A DNA stretch of 58,376 nt, filler included, from Porpidia crustulata (GCA_964255105.1; 8 parts of 8 records of this genome joined end to end with filler, not necessarily neighbours in it); one strand, 5' to 3'. Counted from the whole stretch's first letter, positions 12,564 to 26,305 are shown. Notes: a model not told the origin generated them from the letters alone. Numbers and translations are program-made.

Positions 12564-14559
12564 ATGTCGGTACGTGGTAACGCCGTACTTCACAACCTGT
12601 ACGGCGCTGATGTACTCAATAGTCGCAGGTCAGCAACGATTCTTATATCCAAAGCCACACCCGGGAAATACCCCTCCGCCACAGATCATCCGCCGACGAC
12701 AGCTCTGATACGAGTGCTACATTCGTAGAGCCTGTTACACAGCCGGGCCTGGCTTTCCTCAAGAAGCGATTCACCAGTTCGTGGGCTCATAAAAACACCG
12801 ACAGCGATGACGAGAAGGCCGCCCAGGGTCCTCTTGGACTTCGGCTTCTTCATTCTTCCCCTGAGCCACTAATCGACATCATATTTGTACATGGTCTGCG
12901 AGGAGGCTCAATTAAGACTTGGCGGAAAGGGAACGACCCTCGAAACTTCTGGCCGCAACTCTGGCTGCCAGTGGAGCCTGAACTGCACAATGCCAACATA
13001 CATAGTTTTGGTTATGACTCAGATTGGGCCAGTACGAAGTCCAGCATATTGAACGTTCACGATTTTGGACAGTCACTCTTAGAAGAGATGCGCAATTCCC
13101 CGTACCTGAGAGAAAAGGGAAACGTAAGATTGGAGATGTCTATCATAACGCGCAATGTCTAAACCTCACAGAGACCCATAATACTGATTGGACATTCCAT
13201 GGGCGGACTCGTAATAAAGAAGGTAGGTGCTTTTAGCTGCTAGAATCCGGGGGATGACCCTTGAAGCTAACGATAGTAGGCTTTTGTCCTAGCCAACAAC
13301 ATTCCAGTATTCCAGGAACGCATCCGATGCATATTCTTTTTGGCTACTCCTCACAGAGGATCCGATTACGCCGCAGTTCTGAATAACATCTTGACCATAT
13401 CAGGTATAATGTCTTCACGTCACTATATCACAGACATCGCGACTGGCTCCTCATCAGCTCAAGCAATCAACGAAGACTTTGGGAAATACGCCAGCGATTT
13501 GCCCATATTTTCTTTCTACGAAACTCTCCAAATGAAACTTGGGATTTCATCCAGCTTGATTGTAGAAAAAAGTTCAGCAATTCTCGGTAGGGCCCTCTAC
13601 TTATACTGGTTCAAATTCGAGTGCTTAGGAACAATCTAATGGTCTCGTGATTGAAGGACTCGGTTTTAGACGGGAACGAGTTCAATACCTCAATGCAAAT
13701 CATCGAGATATTTGCAAATTCGATAGTCCCGATGATCAAAACTATATGACATTGAAAAACGCGATTATAAGTGCGGCGCAGGACATTTTAAAAGATGGTT
13801 CGTTTGTGTCATATCATCACAATGTCAAATGACTAATAATTCACAGGCATTGAAACCACTATGCAAGAGTCTCGGGAACGAATGAAAGTCTTGCAATCAT
13901 TCCTAAATGTATCAGATCACCCAGATGAACACTTCCCCAGAGTTGAGGGTTCATGCCAATGGATTGACGCTCGAGATGACTTTCAAGATTGGAGGGATCC
14001 AGCTGGAGAGCTCATTCGTGACAAAATATCAGCACCAGAGAAGAACCCATCCATTTTCTGGGTCGCTGCCAATCCTGGAACAGGTAAAACGTATCTTGCG
14101 GCACATATTATAGATGAGCTCGGTCAATTTCAACTCGAACGTTCCTACTATTTCTTTCACATTGGAAACAAATCTTCTCGATCTCTTAGCAACTTCTTAA
14201 GATCTATCGCATACCAGATGGCTATGTCAAACGCTTTCATCCGTGAGAAGCTGGTTGGACTTTACGAGGAAGGATCGACGTTCGACAAAGATGACGCCGC
14301 CACCATCTGGACTAAAGTCTTCAAACGAGGCATCTTTCAGGTAAGTGAATGCATTTATCTGAATATCGTATACTCAGATGCTTACTTCTCAAGGCCCGCG
14401 TAAGTACACCACAGTATTGGGTGATTGATGCGATCGATGAGTGTAGTAAATATCAAGAACTCTTCACTTTAATCAAGGGCATTCAACTGAGCTTCCAATT
14501 GAGAATCTTCATCACCAGTCGTAAAATCCCTGATCTCCAAAAGATTCATCGCTCCTAGA
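12564..14559 (+). CDS. NLR-like protein: SesB-like alpha/beta hydrolase + NACHT NTPase (3' truncated; repeat domain missing)
   Basis: Hydrolase motifs IIFVHGLRGG, FGYDSDW, nucleophile elbow GHSMGG, FLATPHRGS and LNANHRDICKF. Walker A ANPGTGKT and Walker B WVIDAIDEC. Six GT-AG introns, the first after a 6-nt exon (ATG TCG). Confidence 0.85.
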
Positions 14560-14659
14560 NNNNNNNNNNNNNNNNNNNNNNNNNNNNNNNNNNNNNNNNN
14601 NNNTTAATTAATTAANNNNNNNNNNNNNNNNNNNNNNNNNNNNNNNNNNNNNNNNNNNN
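14560..14659. other. Artificial contig linker
   Basis: N44-TTAATTAATTAA-N44. Confidence 0.99.
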
Positions 14660-15041
14660 GTACTTGGTTGACCATAGGTTCCCCTTTAGCCCTTTTCCTT
14701 CTTCGGCTTTGGCGAGCGCGGCGACGCCGGTGACGACCAGCGGGATGCCGACGAGGGTCCATTCTTTCATCAGAACGTCTCCCAGCCGTTTCGATAAGCG
14801 TTCTCGTTCCAGGGAGGATGTTTCGTGGCCGGTGAGGTGGGAATACAGAGATGATAGTTCCTCTGGTTTTCCGCAGGCGACGAGTGAGGAAGCCTGGGGA
14901 GTGCGCGATGTGTAAGCTTTTCATTCCATGTAAGGGTTGGATCAGGGTGAAGCTGACGGCGACGATATACCAGGCGTTTTCACGCAGAGAAACCGGCATG
15001 GCGTCCTTGACGGACTTGAAGAGCTCGTTGATGCCGGACAT
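14660..15041 (-). CDS. AhpD/carboxymuconolactone-decarboxylase-like protein, 5' part only
   Basis: ATG 15041 and intron 14894-14957 give NAWYIVA|ASSLVACGKPEELSSLYSHL..RLGDVLMKEWTLVGIP, typical of fungal AhpD-like proteins. Runs into the contig end. Confidence 0.6.
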
Positions 15042-16189
15042 GGCTCGTTGCGATTTAGGACGCTGGCTGATGGGGGAAAGTAGAGGGTTTGTTGATAGGT
15101 GACGGCAGTAAGGGGTAGGCAGCGCGCAGACGGTTGATTTCCAGGTCCGAGATAGGCGGTATTGGCGGTGAATGCTACATGGTGAATGAAGCGCATTAAA
15201 GAGCATTACTCTACTCCATTTTTGGGGGGGCTTACAAACCCCCGTCATGCCAGATCATAGTCCCCTCTAGGTACCTTATAGGCACGGGCGCAACCGAACC
15301 CGCCCGTGATGACAGGCCGATCGGTTGCCCTAATTAGCGTCTTTAGGCGAGGTTAGGGCCAAGCCCTTTTGGCACACTGCGAAAGAAGAGTTACTCTAAT
15401 GTGATAGATAGGGTAGATGGAAGCGTTCAACTCATGGGCGCAAGGCTGTCACCAGAGTTGTCCGGGTGCACATTTGCAATGCGGTCCGCCTACATCTAAC
15501 CTATCTGCCCCTTGTCCGAGATCTTTTCCAGGCCTAAATGCCTATCAGAAGCTCCTTCCGTATAGTTAGGTAGCTACATAGTTCAAGTCCTTGCACCGCA
15601 TACGACAGCATCTTTGGGTCATTTTTATTTCCCGGGTTTGCATATCCCCATGGCCATTTTGCCACTAACCTGTTCTGTTTTCCCGGATCAGCGTCCGCTT
15701 TCCGCTCCTCCTTTCCGCCGACGAATCTCGGCTAAAGCTCATCCTAGTCCTCTGCCGCAATAGAAAAAATCAAGGAATTGATTCAAATGGGCGGTGGGGC
15801 TCTAGCACTCGTTATATTTGACCACTGAGGCGACTGAATGAGAAACGAGCGGATATCAATCGAATAGCAGTCATCGAGTTGCCAAGTGTTGAATACAGTA
15901 GAGCATGATCTTTTCCCATCGAAAAGTCTAGACGCAAGCTACTTGATTTGGCGGAATTGGACATGGCGACATTGTTACTGCCGCCGGAATGTTCCGTATG
16001 GAACATCCCGAAGGCATAAGGGTTCAGGAGGCCAAGAATAAACATGGAAGATTAATTGTGATCCCATCCCAATCTCCTACAACAATCTTATTTCTGGTCA
16101 TCCAGACTGTTGCGAATGACTGGTTCATGGACCCATAGTTCTCTTACATCTTTCGGGCATGTCAGACCAACAGGACAAGTTTGATGGTT

Positions 16190-18345
16190 GGGTCTGGAGC
16201 CTGACTGCTAACATGTGATTCCCAGTCACGCCAGTGGAAGATATTAAAGGCTCTCAAATATTGCTTATCGCAATGAACGCGTGTCGTCTGATAAAGAGCA
16301 GTGTGGTCAGTCCCCACTTGGCTGGAGGGCCATACGTATGTTTCGTGACCTCCGCTTGCCCTGGAAGATCATAATCTATCGATTGACTCAGCTACGCCCT
16401 ATGTTGATACCTATCTGGCACGGAATTTTAGCCAACTTCCCCACGATAACAGTGTCGATCGCGGGGAAGCACAGCAGCCTTTTACTCTGAGGGCTTCCCC
16501 ACACTAGGAATTCTCTTTTAGTGTTGATGCTTCTGTAGCTCAGTGCGGAAGAGGACTGAAGAGAGACAGGATTTTAATGCCGTCATCGAAAAAAGGTTCT
16601 GTGGATCAACGAATGGGAAGGATGCGCTCAGCCGGTTCGGTCTGAAGATGAAACCGCAGCATCCAGGTCATCATGGATGTGGTCAGCAAAAATTAATATT
16701 TCACCGACTCAATTTCCGCCAACAGCCCTGAGGTACAGGGTGATATACAGCCTATAGGCAGCCTACATCAAGACACGAGCGAGTCCACCTATTCTAGGAG
16801 TATAATTAGTCTTATCAGCGAGTCGGAATTTCACCAACTCATCATTCCCCTTTTTTACTTTTCTTCCCCACACAGCGCTTGTGTCTGATATGCGCCCCCA
16901 CACCAAACATCTCCGTTTTCGCCAACAGGAAAGCACTACAGCCTAGGTCCCGGATTCTCCATCCACGTCTCCGGAATCCAAGTCATGCATGCCCCGGCCT
17001 TGCTGTGCCATACGATACACCCGACAGAGCAGGTAACCCCACACCCAATTTATGCACCTTGGATCCCCCCAATCCTAATCCCTATCCTAATCCTGACCAG
17101 TGGGTGTGGTGCTCGTGAAAATGTCTCGACGTGTCGCTGACTCTCGTAATCTATGCAATAGCCATGATCCCATCTCCTTTGAGCCATTTGGCACGCCTCG
17201 CTCAGCCCCATTTGTAGGCATAGTGCAATGATTGTGTAACGTCGACTACCAGGTTGTAGACCCTCCCACGCATGTCTCATGCTAGCTTCCCATCATGGAG
17301 GTAGAGTCGTATCTTTCTCGACCCTGATTGCGGGAATGATTTGTATCTCGTCGCCAAAATTGCGGTGTGCGGAAAAAGAAGCGAGCGAGCCAGTAGATAA
17401 ACCCACCATCCCCGAAGAATAAGTTTTGAGTTGGTTCCCCCTTCTTTTAGAGAGTGACTGCGGATCTTCACGACCCCCAGATATCAGCCAGCAAATGTGC
17501 AACCAGCACTCAAGAGTCTGCTTGTGTGCTTAGCCTCTGATCCGGCTGTGCTTATCTTTCCGCTGCCTCCGCTCAAATTTTCTCGACGCCCAGAAGACGG
17601 CCCAGACTCTAGGGTGCCATTAACCCCCACTACTCCAGGCTGAAGTGGAAATTGTGCCACGATAAGCCCTGGGATCATCCAACAAATAAAGACAGGGACT
17701 CATCTACCCAGGACAGGCATCAAGCACAAGAAGCAAAGTTCATCATCATATCTAATAAGTTTTAAGGATTTGAATTCCTCGCTCACAAATCATCGTCGTC
17801 ATCACATACTACGCTGAGAGTCACATACCACGCTCAAAGCATCTCATCCCCTCCACAATCCTCTTTTATCACCTGGAGGCACTGGACGTGGATTTTCACA
17901 GAAATCCATTACAATTCTCACCTACTTTATAACCGAAAGAGAGCTTCGCATGTGATGAGAAAAATAAGAGATCACTACTGCCACCATCACCGTTCTGCTA
18001 TTTCGTTCTACCTCGCTCGAAAATAGCAATCCCGGAAAGTTCTTGTCTCGAAACTTATGACACTCACGACTACTCTACGTTTGATAGTTCGCCGCCAGCG
18101 GCCAGCCCTCTGACGCACCAAAGAGCATTATTCATTTCCAGTCAAACTCCACTAATCCTACCATTCAAGCCTCCTTACTACCGGACCCACCCCCGATGCG
18201 TCTTCCTTCTTCATTATTACCTACGCCAATCAGCGTCATCGTCATCGTCGATTTACTAAAATAAACCTCAAATCCTCGCTTTTGCTCTGGTCGCTTCAGC
18301 CCTGCGTTTCGCCAAAATACCGCCAAAGTATCCTGGAGCTCCAGT
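16190..18345 (+). promoter_or_regulatory. creA upstream region with many SYGGRG (CreA/Mig1) consensus sites
   Basis: Gene-free ~3.3 kb upstream of creA. Manual count is about 22 SYGGRG/CYCCRS hexamers, about 12 of them within ~16190-17045. creA autoregulation is established in Aspergillus. Confidence 0.45.
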
Positions 18346-18351
18346 TATCAC

Positions 18352-19629
18352 ATGCAACGAGTTTCTTCGGTAGTGGATTTTCCCCATCTGCTGAATCCGC
18401 AACCGCACGCACCTACACATCAGCAACGTTATATGGGAAGTCAACAGCAATCAGACGCAGCGATGGTGGCCGACGTGGCGACGTTGCCAATGGTGGGAGG
18501 AATGCATCCAGGCCAGGAAGACTTACGGCAAGATCTACCTCGCCCATACAAATGCCCTCTTTGCGACAAGGCTTTTCACCGCCTCGAACACCAGACTCGC
18601 CACATCAGGACACATACCGGGGAAAAGCCTCATGGATGCCAATACCCTGGATGTTCCAAACGTTTCAGCCGGTCAGACGAACTGACCCGGCACTCCAGGA
18701 TCCATAATAATCCAAATTCAAGACGGAGTAACAAGTCACATAACGTGGCGGCCATTGCAAACTATGCGCAAGATCAAGCTCTCATGATGCCTCCCGCCCG
18801 CACATCTATGTCGCAGTCTGCTCCGACTTCAAAGGTGGGCTCACCAAACGTCTCTCCACCAAATTCATACTCGCCTTACTCAAGCAACATGCCCTCTATA
18901 CTCGGCCCGTATGCTCGAAGCAACGGTGGCAGCCCAGAGGCTGTGATGCACAATCCCCTTGACATCAATCTCCTCGCGACCGCTGCTTCCCAGGTTGAGC
19001 GCGAAGACCAGCAACCAACTCACCAGGCCGTCCAGCGCCACCACCACTATCACCACCATCATCACCACCCGTACTACATTTCGAGTCACGGTTCCGGCAC
19101 CCGCCTCCCTTCGCTATCCCAGTACGCATACTCGCAGTCAATGTCTCGATCTCACTCCCATGAAGAAGAGGAAGCTGCTTTCCATCGTCTTTCGAAACGG
19201 TCAGGTCCCAATTCGCCTCTCTCAACCGCTCCTCCATCACCCACCTTTTCGCACGACTCCCTTTCACCTACCCCAGATCATACTCCCCTCGCAACGCCAG
19301 CTCACTCGCCTCGCTTACGGCCGTTTGGCGCTCACGATGTCCATCTCCCTGGCATCCGACACCTCACTTTACAACAAGCGCCCATTCTAGCACCTATGGA
19401 ACCCCAGGCTGATGGGTCATCTCTTTACGGAACCCTCGGCAGCAGCCAGCAGAGCTACTCTGGTGGGGGACCCCGCATCAGCGACATCGTGACCCGTGCC
19501 GACGGTGCACACAGGAAGTTGCCAGTCCCCGTTCCAAAGGTGGCTGTACAGGACCTTTTGAATCCAGGGTCTGGCTTTTCGAGCGGCAGCTCCAGTCAGG
19601 CTGGAGGTGATTTGGCAGAGAGATATTAG
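18352..19629 (+). CDS. creA: Carbon catabolite repressor CreA/Cre1 (Mig1-like C2H2 zinc finger), 425 aa
   Basis: [90 protein letters not shown], and C-terminal GGDLAERY. Confidence 0.97.
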   Translation: MQRVSSVVDFPHLLNPQPHAPTHQQRYMGSQQQSDAAMVADVATLPMVGGMHPGQEDLRQDLPRPYKCPLCDKAFHRLEHQTRHIRTHTGEKPHGCQYPGCSKRFSRSDELTRHSRIHNNPNSRRSNKSHNVAAIANYAQDQALMMPPARTSMSQSAPTSKVGSPNVSPPNSYSPYSSNMPSILGPYARSNGGSPEAVMHNPLDINLLATAASQVEREDQQPTHQAVQRHHHYHHHHHHPYYISSHGSGTRLPSLSQYAYSQSMSRSHSHEEEEAAFHRLSKRSGPNSPLSTAPPSPTFSHDSLSPTPDHTPLATPAHSPRLRPFGAHDVHLPGIRHLTLQQAPILAPMEPQADGSSLYGTLGSSQQSYSGGGPRISDIVTRADGAHRKLPVPVPKVAVQDLLNPGSGFSSGSSSQAGGDLAERY

Positions 19630-21882
19630 GGCATCGTTTTTCCACCTAACGTGTTGATCCTTTCTTTCCCACTTGCGGCGGCGTTAAGTAGAGGTTTCAC
19701 TACAATCAGGGATATACACACCTGGGATTTGGGGCCGACTGATACTCACCATAGACTACCTTGTTTTGCTCAGCTCTTTACTCTTCACTCTCAGTCAACC
19801 TTGGAGATTAGTTATTTATCTGGCCGATAATTAGACACGACTAAAATCAGAAACTGAATATTCTATCAACATCACGGTGATTTATTTCACCGAATTCGGG
19901 GTCACCGAAACCCTTGCCCTTGTGCATTCCATCTTTAACGACAGCTTAAAAAGGCCTAGCGTGTTTAGACACCTTCTAGAGACTCCCTCATCTAGTTGTA
20001 GGTCAAATTGGATCTCGCCTCAAGGCCTAAGGTAGTCACTTGCACCTCGGCCTACGCCTAGGCTATCCTACAGAAGTAAGAAATAAGATATCTAAGGTAC
20101 CTAGGTAGCCAAAGAGATAGGGCTTGCAAAGATAAGGACACCGGCACCCCAATGCCCTAATTCAAACCGCCATACAGCTTTGCGGGGTCTCCACGATCTC
20201 ATGCCGATCACGTCGGAAACGACCTTTCCTCTCAACGCCCTTCACAGGTACTATAAATTCCGCTCGGGGGCATCATCCTACACTCATGGCTGGACGACAG
20301 ACTCCCTTTGACCTCGCGGAGTCATTGAAATGATCTTAAAAACTGTTGACTTTCTTTTCTCTTCAACTTAGATTAGTCGTGACGTACGGTTCCCGCATAT
20401 TTCTCCCTTATCGCCAGGGTAGGAGGAGCTACGCCTTAGCCTTTTGCATCTATCCCGCATGTCTTATCAAAAGTGCGAAGCCATCAAGACAGGGTTCCCA
20501 TGACGCGTCGGCGCGGTTTTCCCTTAGGTAAAGGTAGGCGGAGCTCTTGGGGGCTAGAAAACGCTATCGTGATACTACTGACGCTACTCTTACGTTTGAT
20601 TCTTCGAGGTTACCAGCGCCAACGCACGAGAAGCTTAATAGCCAAGTGTGGGTCGGCTGCGCTTCGGATGGGGGATCGACTTCCCCGGATTTTCACCCTC
20701 GAAGAGATGCACATTAATGCGTTGCATGGCGTGGGGAAGAAGATCATCTGCCCGGGAGGGCATGAAGAAGACCGGAGAGCACGTGTCTGCTGCTTGCCTG
20801 CCTGCAAGCGGTGATACCGAATATAGGTGGATGATCTGTCCACAGATAAGAACATTGGGAAAAGGGTTGAACGGCGGATGGAGCAAGATCGTATAGAGTC
20901 ATTCGATGCCCTGCAGAAGTAGTCACCGTGTAGCTGACATCGTTTCTAGTTCCGAAGCCAGAGTTTCTCAACAAAATATGGTTTCCGAGTGCCCCGAGCA
21001 TCCATGTGATTGCGAACAGATAAGGTCCGTCACCACTTGTCTTTATCACCATCGTGTAGGCGATCCAATGCCGGGCTACCACACACCGACCCCAATCACC
21101 ACATCTCTTCTTGCACCATCCAGTTCATCGATGTTCAAGCAAGAAGCGAGGTTTCAAGGCATTGCCTGCAGCTAGTCTCGTACCCTACAGACACATATAC
21201 TTGACACAAGCGCGTGCACGCAGTGTAAGGGGAAGAACGTGGGTTGCATATTGCAGACCTACTCTAAATGCACCCGTCCGCCAGTGTCCTTCCATGCCGA
21301 CACATCAAACGATTATCAATATTATGCGATGCGCATAATGCACCACGGACAGATCTCCGATCTACTGAGGTGCAAGCTGCGCCTGTCAAATCTTGCGATG
21401 TTGCGCCTTGGAGAATGTTTGACATTGAAAACGATGTCTTCGAGCCGTATAGTAACGTAAGCCTGTCACAGGCTCCGTTGAAATACTAATGTACTTGGCC
21501 TCTTGAGAATTGACGCGACAGACATCAGCCCACTGCGTTAGCCTAGATCTTTGGTTTCTGAGATCACAAGGAAAGAATTGACCGTAGGAGAAACCCCTGG
21601 ACACTTATCAACCACAAATAGCAGACTTTCTTCGAGCTTGAATAACGATTGTCCCGATAGTATCCTTTGGGCTCATTTGCAATGATTGCACACTCGCCAT
21701 TTCTGTTCCCTCCTGATCTTTCATTACAGCCAGGGACGGAGACCTTCTATCCAAAAAACCTCCCAATAACAAACCCATACTTACATCACCGCCATGAGAA
21801 AGAAAAAGGAAAGATAACCACCATATCATCGTACTAGAGCAACTACAATTCGAACCAGAACCGGCCATGTTTCCCTCGCTAC

Positions 21883-21982
21883 NNNNNNNNNNNNNNNNNN
21901 NNNNNNNNNNNNNNNNNNNNNNNNNNTTAATTAATTAANNNNNNNNNNNNNNNNNNNNNNNNNNNNNNNNNNNNNNNNNNNN
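21883..21982. other. Artificial contig linker
   Basis: N44-TTAATTAATTAA-N44. Confidence 0.99.
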
Positions 21983-22217
21983 GAAGGGGTGAAGGGGTGG
22001 AGTTGCCTTTGGTTGATGGGGGGATGTTGGCGGATGTGGAATTTTGACTGCTGGAATGCTCGACTGCGTCACAGTTGGATTATTTAATTGTTCGACTGTT
22101 TGACTGTTAAATTGGTAGTGAAATATCGAGCCGTCAAGTAATACAGCATTTCGATAATTCGGTAATCAAGTAGCCGACGAAACAGTTGAACAATCAAGTA
22201 GTTCAGTAGTTTTGCTT

Positions 22218-25200
22218 TCACTTACCAACGGGTGATCTCATCATCCAATACCCGTTCAGCACGAATGGTGCCCAGTGGTACAATGCAGGTCTCCTCTGCA
22301 TGATGCTCAACATAGCCTCCTGGTTCGCTTTCGCCATATCCACGACAATATCACCACCATAAGGAAATTCCTCCCCCATTTTTTCTCTAGCTTCATTGCT
22401 TCCTCCGAAGAACCCCTCATAGAAGCTCTCCGAGTACGCGGCCGCATCCACATCTGAGAATTTCCACAACGTGCTGACCGTGCTCGAAGCTCCCGCATAC
22501 AGCAGACTCGGCACCAACCCAATCACATCGTCCGTCGGCACGGTCTTGCTCAATCCGCTCCCGCAGCCCAGCAGTGTGACGTGGAATCCACCGCCTTGGC
22601 TCAAGGGGGAAGGGAGATCGAAGATGTCTCGCAGAGTGAGATCGCGGTCGGAGAAGAGCAGACAGTGGTCTGTCGGCGCGGTGGGACTGAAGTCGGCGTG
22701 GCCGTGATAGTGGAGGAGACGGAGTCCTGGGTTTTGGATGGTGCTGGTGAAGGATGAGGCGGTGAAGCTTTCGTCGGTGTGGGCTTTTGCGTTGAATTTG
22801 GTCGCTGTTGCCGCTAGGGCTGCCTGGCCGATTTCTTTCGGGGGATCGCCGTAGAGTGAGACTTGCAAGTTGGGATCTACCATTGGGGAAGGATCTGGGT
22901 TTTTAGTGTCTGAAACGTCTGCTGTGGATCGTGCGGAGCTACGTAGTTCCCTTTGCACCCGTAAGCGATACGTATTGACCAAGGCGCTCAAACTGCTGCA
23001 ATAGACGACAGGGTTCCGCTTGATGACGAGTTCCCCATCGATTTTCAGAGCATGCAACGGTATGCGGTGCAGATTCCCACAGGGCGAGAACACGAGGGTC
23101 TGACCCGGTTTGGTCCACGCGAGAGGCTCGACCAAAGGATTCAATCCGTACAGAAACTCTGTCGATTCATCGTCTTCGAGCTCCTCGGTCGGTAGCTCCA
23201 TGAATTTATTCACCAGTTTGTCCACTTGCTGCCATGTAATGTTTGCAAGTGAGCACCTGGGTCCTTCGTTTGTGCCTGATACGGCAGCGATGACGGGCCG
23301 GGGTGATTCGGCCAGCGGACAGGAACTGTTGTACCAGTCAACGAAGACGGCGTCACCGCCGAGATTGTTGATTTTTTGGAGATCTGCCAGTAATTGATCT
23401 GTATCAAGACCATCGTATGATTGGTCCTCTACGTGATCGCCTGCTTTGGTAGGGTTTGCCTTTGCGTTTATTTGTCGTTTGCCTGCTCTTGGATCTTCAT
23501 CGCTGTTCTGACCAGTATCTGGCTCTGTGCTAAGGTTTCTCTTTGGATCACTGATTCTTTTGGGATCGTCTTGCGAGCCTACAGCTTCAACGCGAATGGG
23601 GTCATTATCATTCCTGCCTTCAGTTGCCTTCTCCCGCGCATCGGCGGCGTTCGAGTCCATCAGCCAGCTGATTCCGATCGACTTCGCAAACTGAATCATA
23701 TCCCAAATGAGCTTGTCCCTCGCCTCACGTTTGTCGTCGGGGACTTTGGAGATGACCGTCATAATCGTGGGTGCAATCTGTAAGATTTTCCTTTCTTCCA
23801 TGGCTAATAGCAATTTCTCCACTCTATCCCAGCCGGTCAATGCTCGCCAGCCTGCTCTGATTTTCTCGAAGGCTTGCACGGCCCTGGCCACTGCGTTGGA
23901 TAGTTCTTCGAAGGCTATCGGGTCTAGTTTGGTTGCGGCATGGAAATAGACATGCGCCATGTCCATATTGATATAAATGTCCCGGATGAGCGGGCCGTTT
24001 TTGTCGCGGTTGTCTGCTAGAGACCGATTGTAGAAATCTATTATTTCTTTGAGCTCTGGACCATGCATGTCAAACGATCTGGCGTTACGGGAATTGATGT
24101 ACATCATATGCTTGGCTACAGCAATGGTACTTTTCCAGTACGCAAGATTAGAGGAAACGTATTCTTGCACCTTGACTTCCAACTTCGGGAAAAGGTCAAT
24201 CAATCTCTGGGCCTCAAGGGCGCGAAATTCGTAGGACGTAGCTGAACTGATCACATAGCTTAGTCGCTGATTCTGAGCTTGAAATAGTAAGAAGTGTCGC
24301 CTAGCCTTAGATCTGGTGGATTTCCGCAGAAGCCAATCAGACAGGGTCGAGTACGCTTTTTCCCATCTACTCTCGCTAGCTGGAGCGGCGTATGTACCAA
24401 AGAGTCTACGGGATAAAGTCTCCGGCGTTAGAGATGTCACTTTTTCATGAAGTGTGAAATTTGAATTATTAGACATATCGACATCGCCCCAAAAGTCGGA
24501 AGACAAGATATCTGTCAAATCCTGCTTTGTCAAAAAACCTGCTTGAAATTCTTCCTTGATCCAGGAGCACAAATACACTTCCAAAATGGATGACGCCCTA
24601 ACAGCATCTGGCTCAATCTGTACCGTAGTTCTCTTCCATCCAGTAGTTATGAAGACAGGTATCTCTTTCGACCATTCCAATAGCCAGTCCCATTCGGGAT
24701 CTCCATTCTGAAAGGCCGCCGGGGCAGACGCCATGTCCGAATTTTGACTTTTGGATGAGGCCTTGAATTCTGCCTGCTTCCTAAACGCACCATCGCTCCA
24801 GAAAACGTCTTGATCAGCTGCGATGTGTTGCATCTCAGCGAGGGTTCGGAAAATGTTGTCCTTGTCATTTAAGCGATTGTAGATTTGTAAATTTGTTTTT
24901 CGTATCGCTTTCTTCTGACGCCAAAGATGAAAAGATGGATGTTTCATTTCGAAACCTTGATGCCATTTCAAGATCGCTCCAAAGTTCCCTTCCATCGCAC
25001 ACGCTATATCGCCAGTCGCCAGGCGGAATATCGAGAGGTATGCGATGTCGCCGAGCTCTTTCGAAATCGATTCTGCTCTTCTATTCCAATGCCAGAAGGT
25101 CTTGAGGTTTGAAGCACTATTTTCGCTTTCAAGATGTTGGAGCGCAATTTTACATGCTCGACTTAATGCGGTACTGTGGATGTAGTTGTCTTTCTTGACA

Positions 25201-26305
25201 CTTGCGCATTGCACAAATTCGTTATATGCTCGTAAAGCATCTTGGTGTTTAAACTTGTTTAAGGCGTTGAGTTCAGCTAGGCGAACAAGTAGTAGAGTGT
25301 TGTTTTGATAACCTGATGCCCGCGCAGCTTCTAAAGCGCGTCTCGCACCCTGAAATGCATCATCGCTCGCTTGAAACTGGCTGCCTACCGTAAGGATTTG
25401 GCCAAGCCGTAAGTTGCTTCTGCCTGTGATCCACCAGATAGGCTCCTTGGATTTTTTCTGACTTGCACACGCTTCTAACAACAATCTGCATGCTTTCTCT
25501 TGCTCTGATCCATCAGGGGTATGGCCTAGCTCCTGGTCTAGAATAGCGCGAGCTTCAAGCAGTCGACCCTGCAGTTGCAAACATTTTCGAAGACGCCTCA
25601 ATCTCGTCCATCCGTTTGGCTCTGCAGCAGCCGGAATCGCTTCGAAATTCCTTTTATCGAAATCATCTGTGACATTGCCTAAGAAGTGGAGTAAATGATA
25701 GTAGATACAAATGCTGTATGTCTTGGATGGTGGAAATCAGTCGAACGTCGAGTGCTCCATGTGGACATTTTGGAGGGTTTTACCTGAACATCGGTATAGT
25801 CTTTGACGGGTACATCTAAAAGCCAGTGCCTGACTTCTCTTAACGCGTCCCGACCTTCCGTGAGGTTACCGCGAGTCATTGCTCGTACCCTTCCCAGAGC
25901 AATCCGCAAAAGAGTATAGATTCCTAGCTCAGCTGAACCTGACGCATGATCTTTCCCCCAAGCGATGCCTTCCTCAAGCACCTTTTCGCACTTGTATAAT
26001 GACCAATCTAGCCAGTATACTTGGCTTCGTTCGTACACAACAATAGGATGCTGGAGGATCTCTACAGGAAGTGCATCAAAAATCGAAAACGCCGCCTGGA
26101 AATCACGCAAATGGCAACACATTGCTGCTTCTTCGATCTTAGCGATCGTTGCAATTTCAAGATTGTCATATTGAGAAAGTAAAGAGGAGTATCGAAATTG
26201 GCGCGCATCAAAAGCTTCCTCTTCCTTGACGTGACCAAGATCGAAGCCCTGCATCGCGTTTCTCTGGGGCTCTTTCTTCTGCTTCCAGAAGGTAAGAATC
26301 GACAT
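22218..26305 (-). CDS. Large helical-repeat (TPR-like) protein with C-terminal CHAT caspase-like protease domain, ~1341 aa
   Basis: Exons 26305-25784 and 25721-22218 (intron 25722-25783). CHAT motifs LVFSPCGNLHRIPLHAL, LLHYHGHA (His ~22698-22700), VTLLGCGSG (Cys ~22563-22565), GLVPSLLYAGASSTVSTLWKFSD and YHWAPFVLNG. Start codon choice (26305 vs 26255) is uncertain. Confidence 0.88.

Noticed and set aside
19630..21882. Short ORFs and small hairpins downstream of creA
   Set aside because: No domains, splice pattern or codon bias; stems are short enough to be chance
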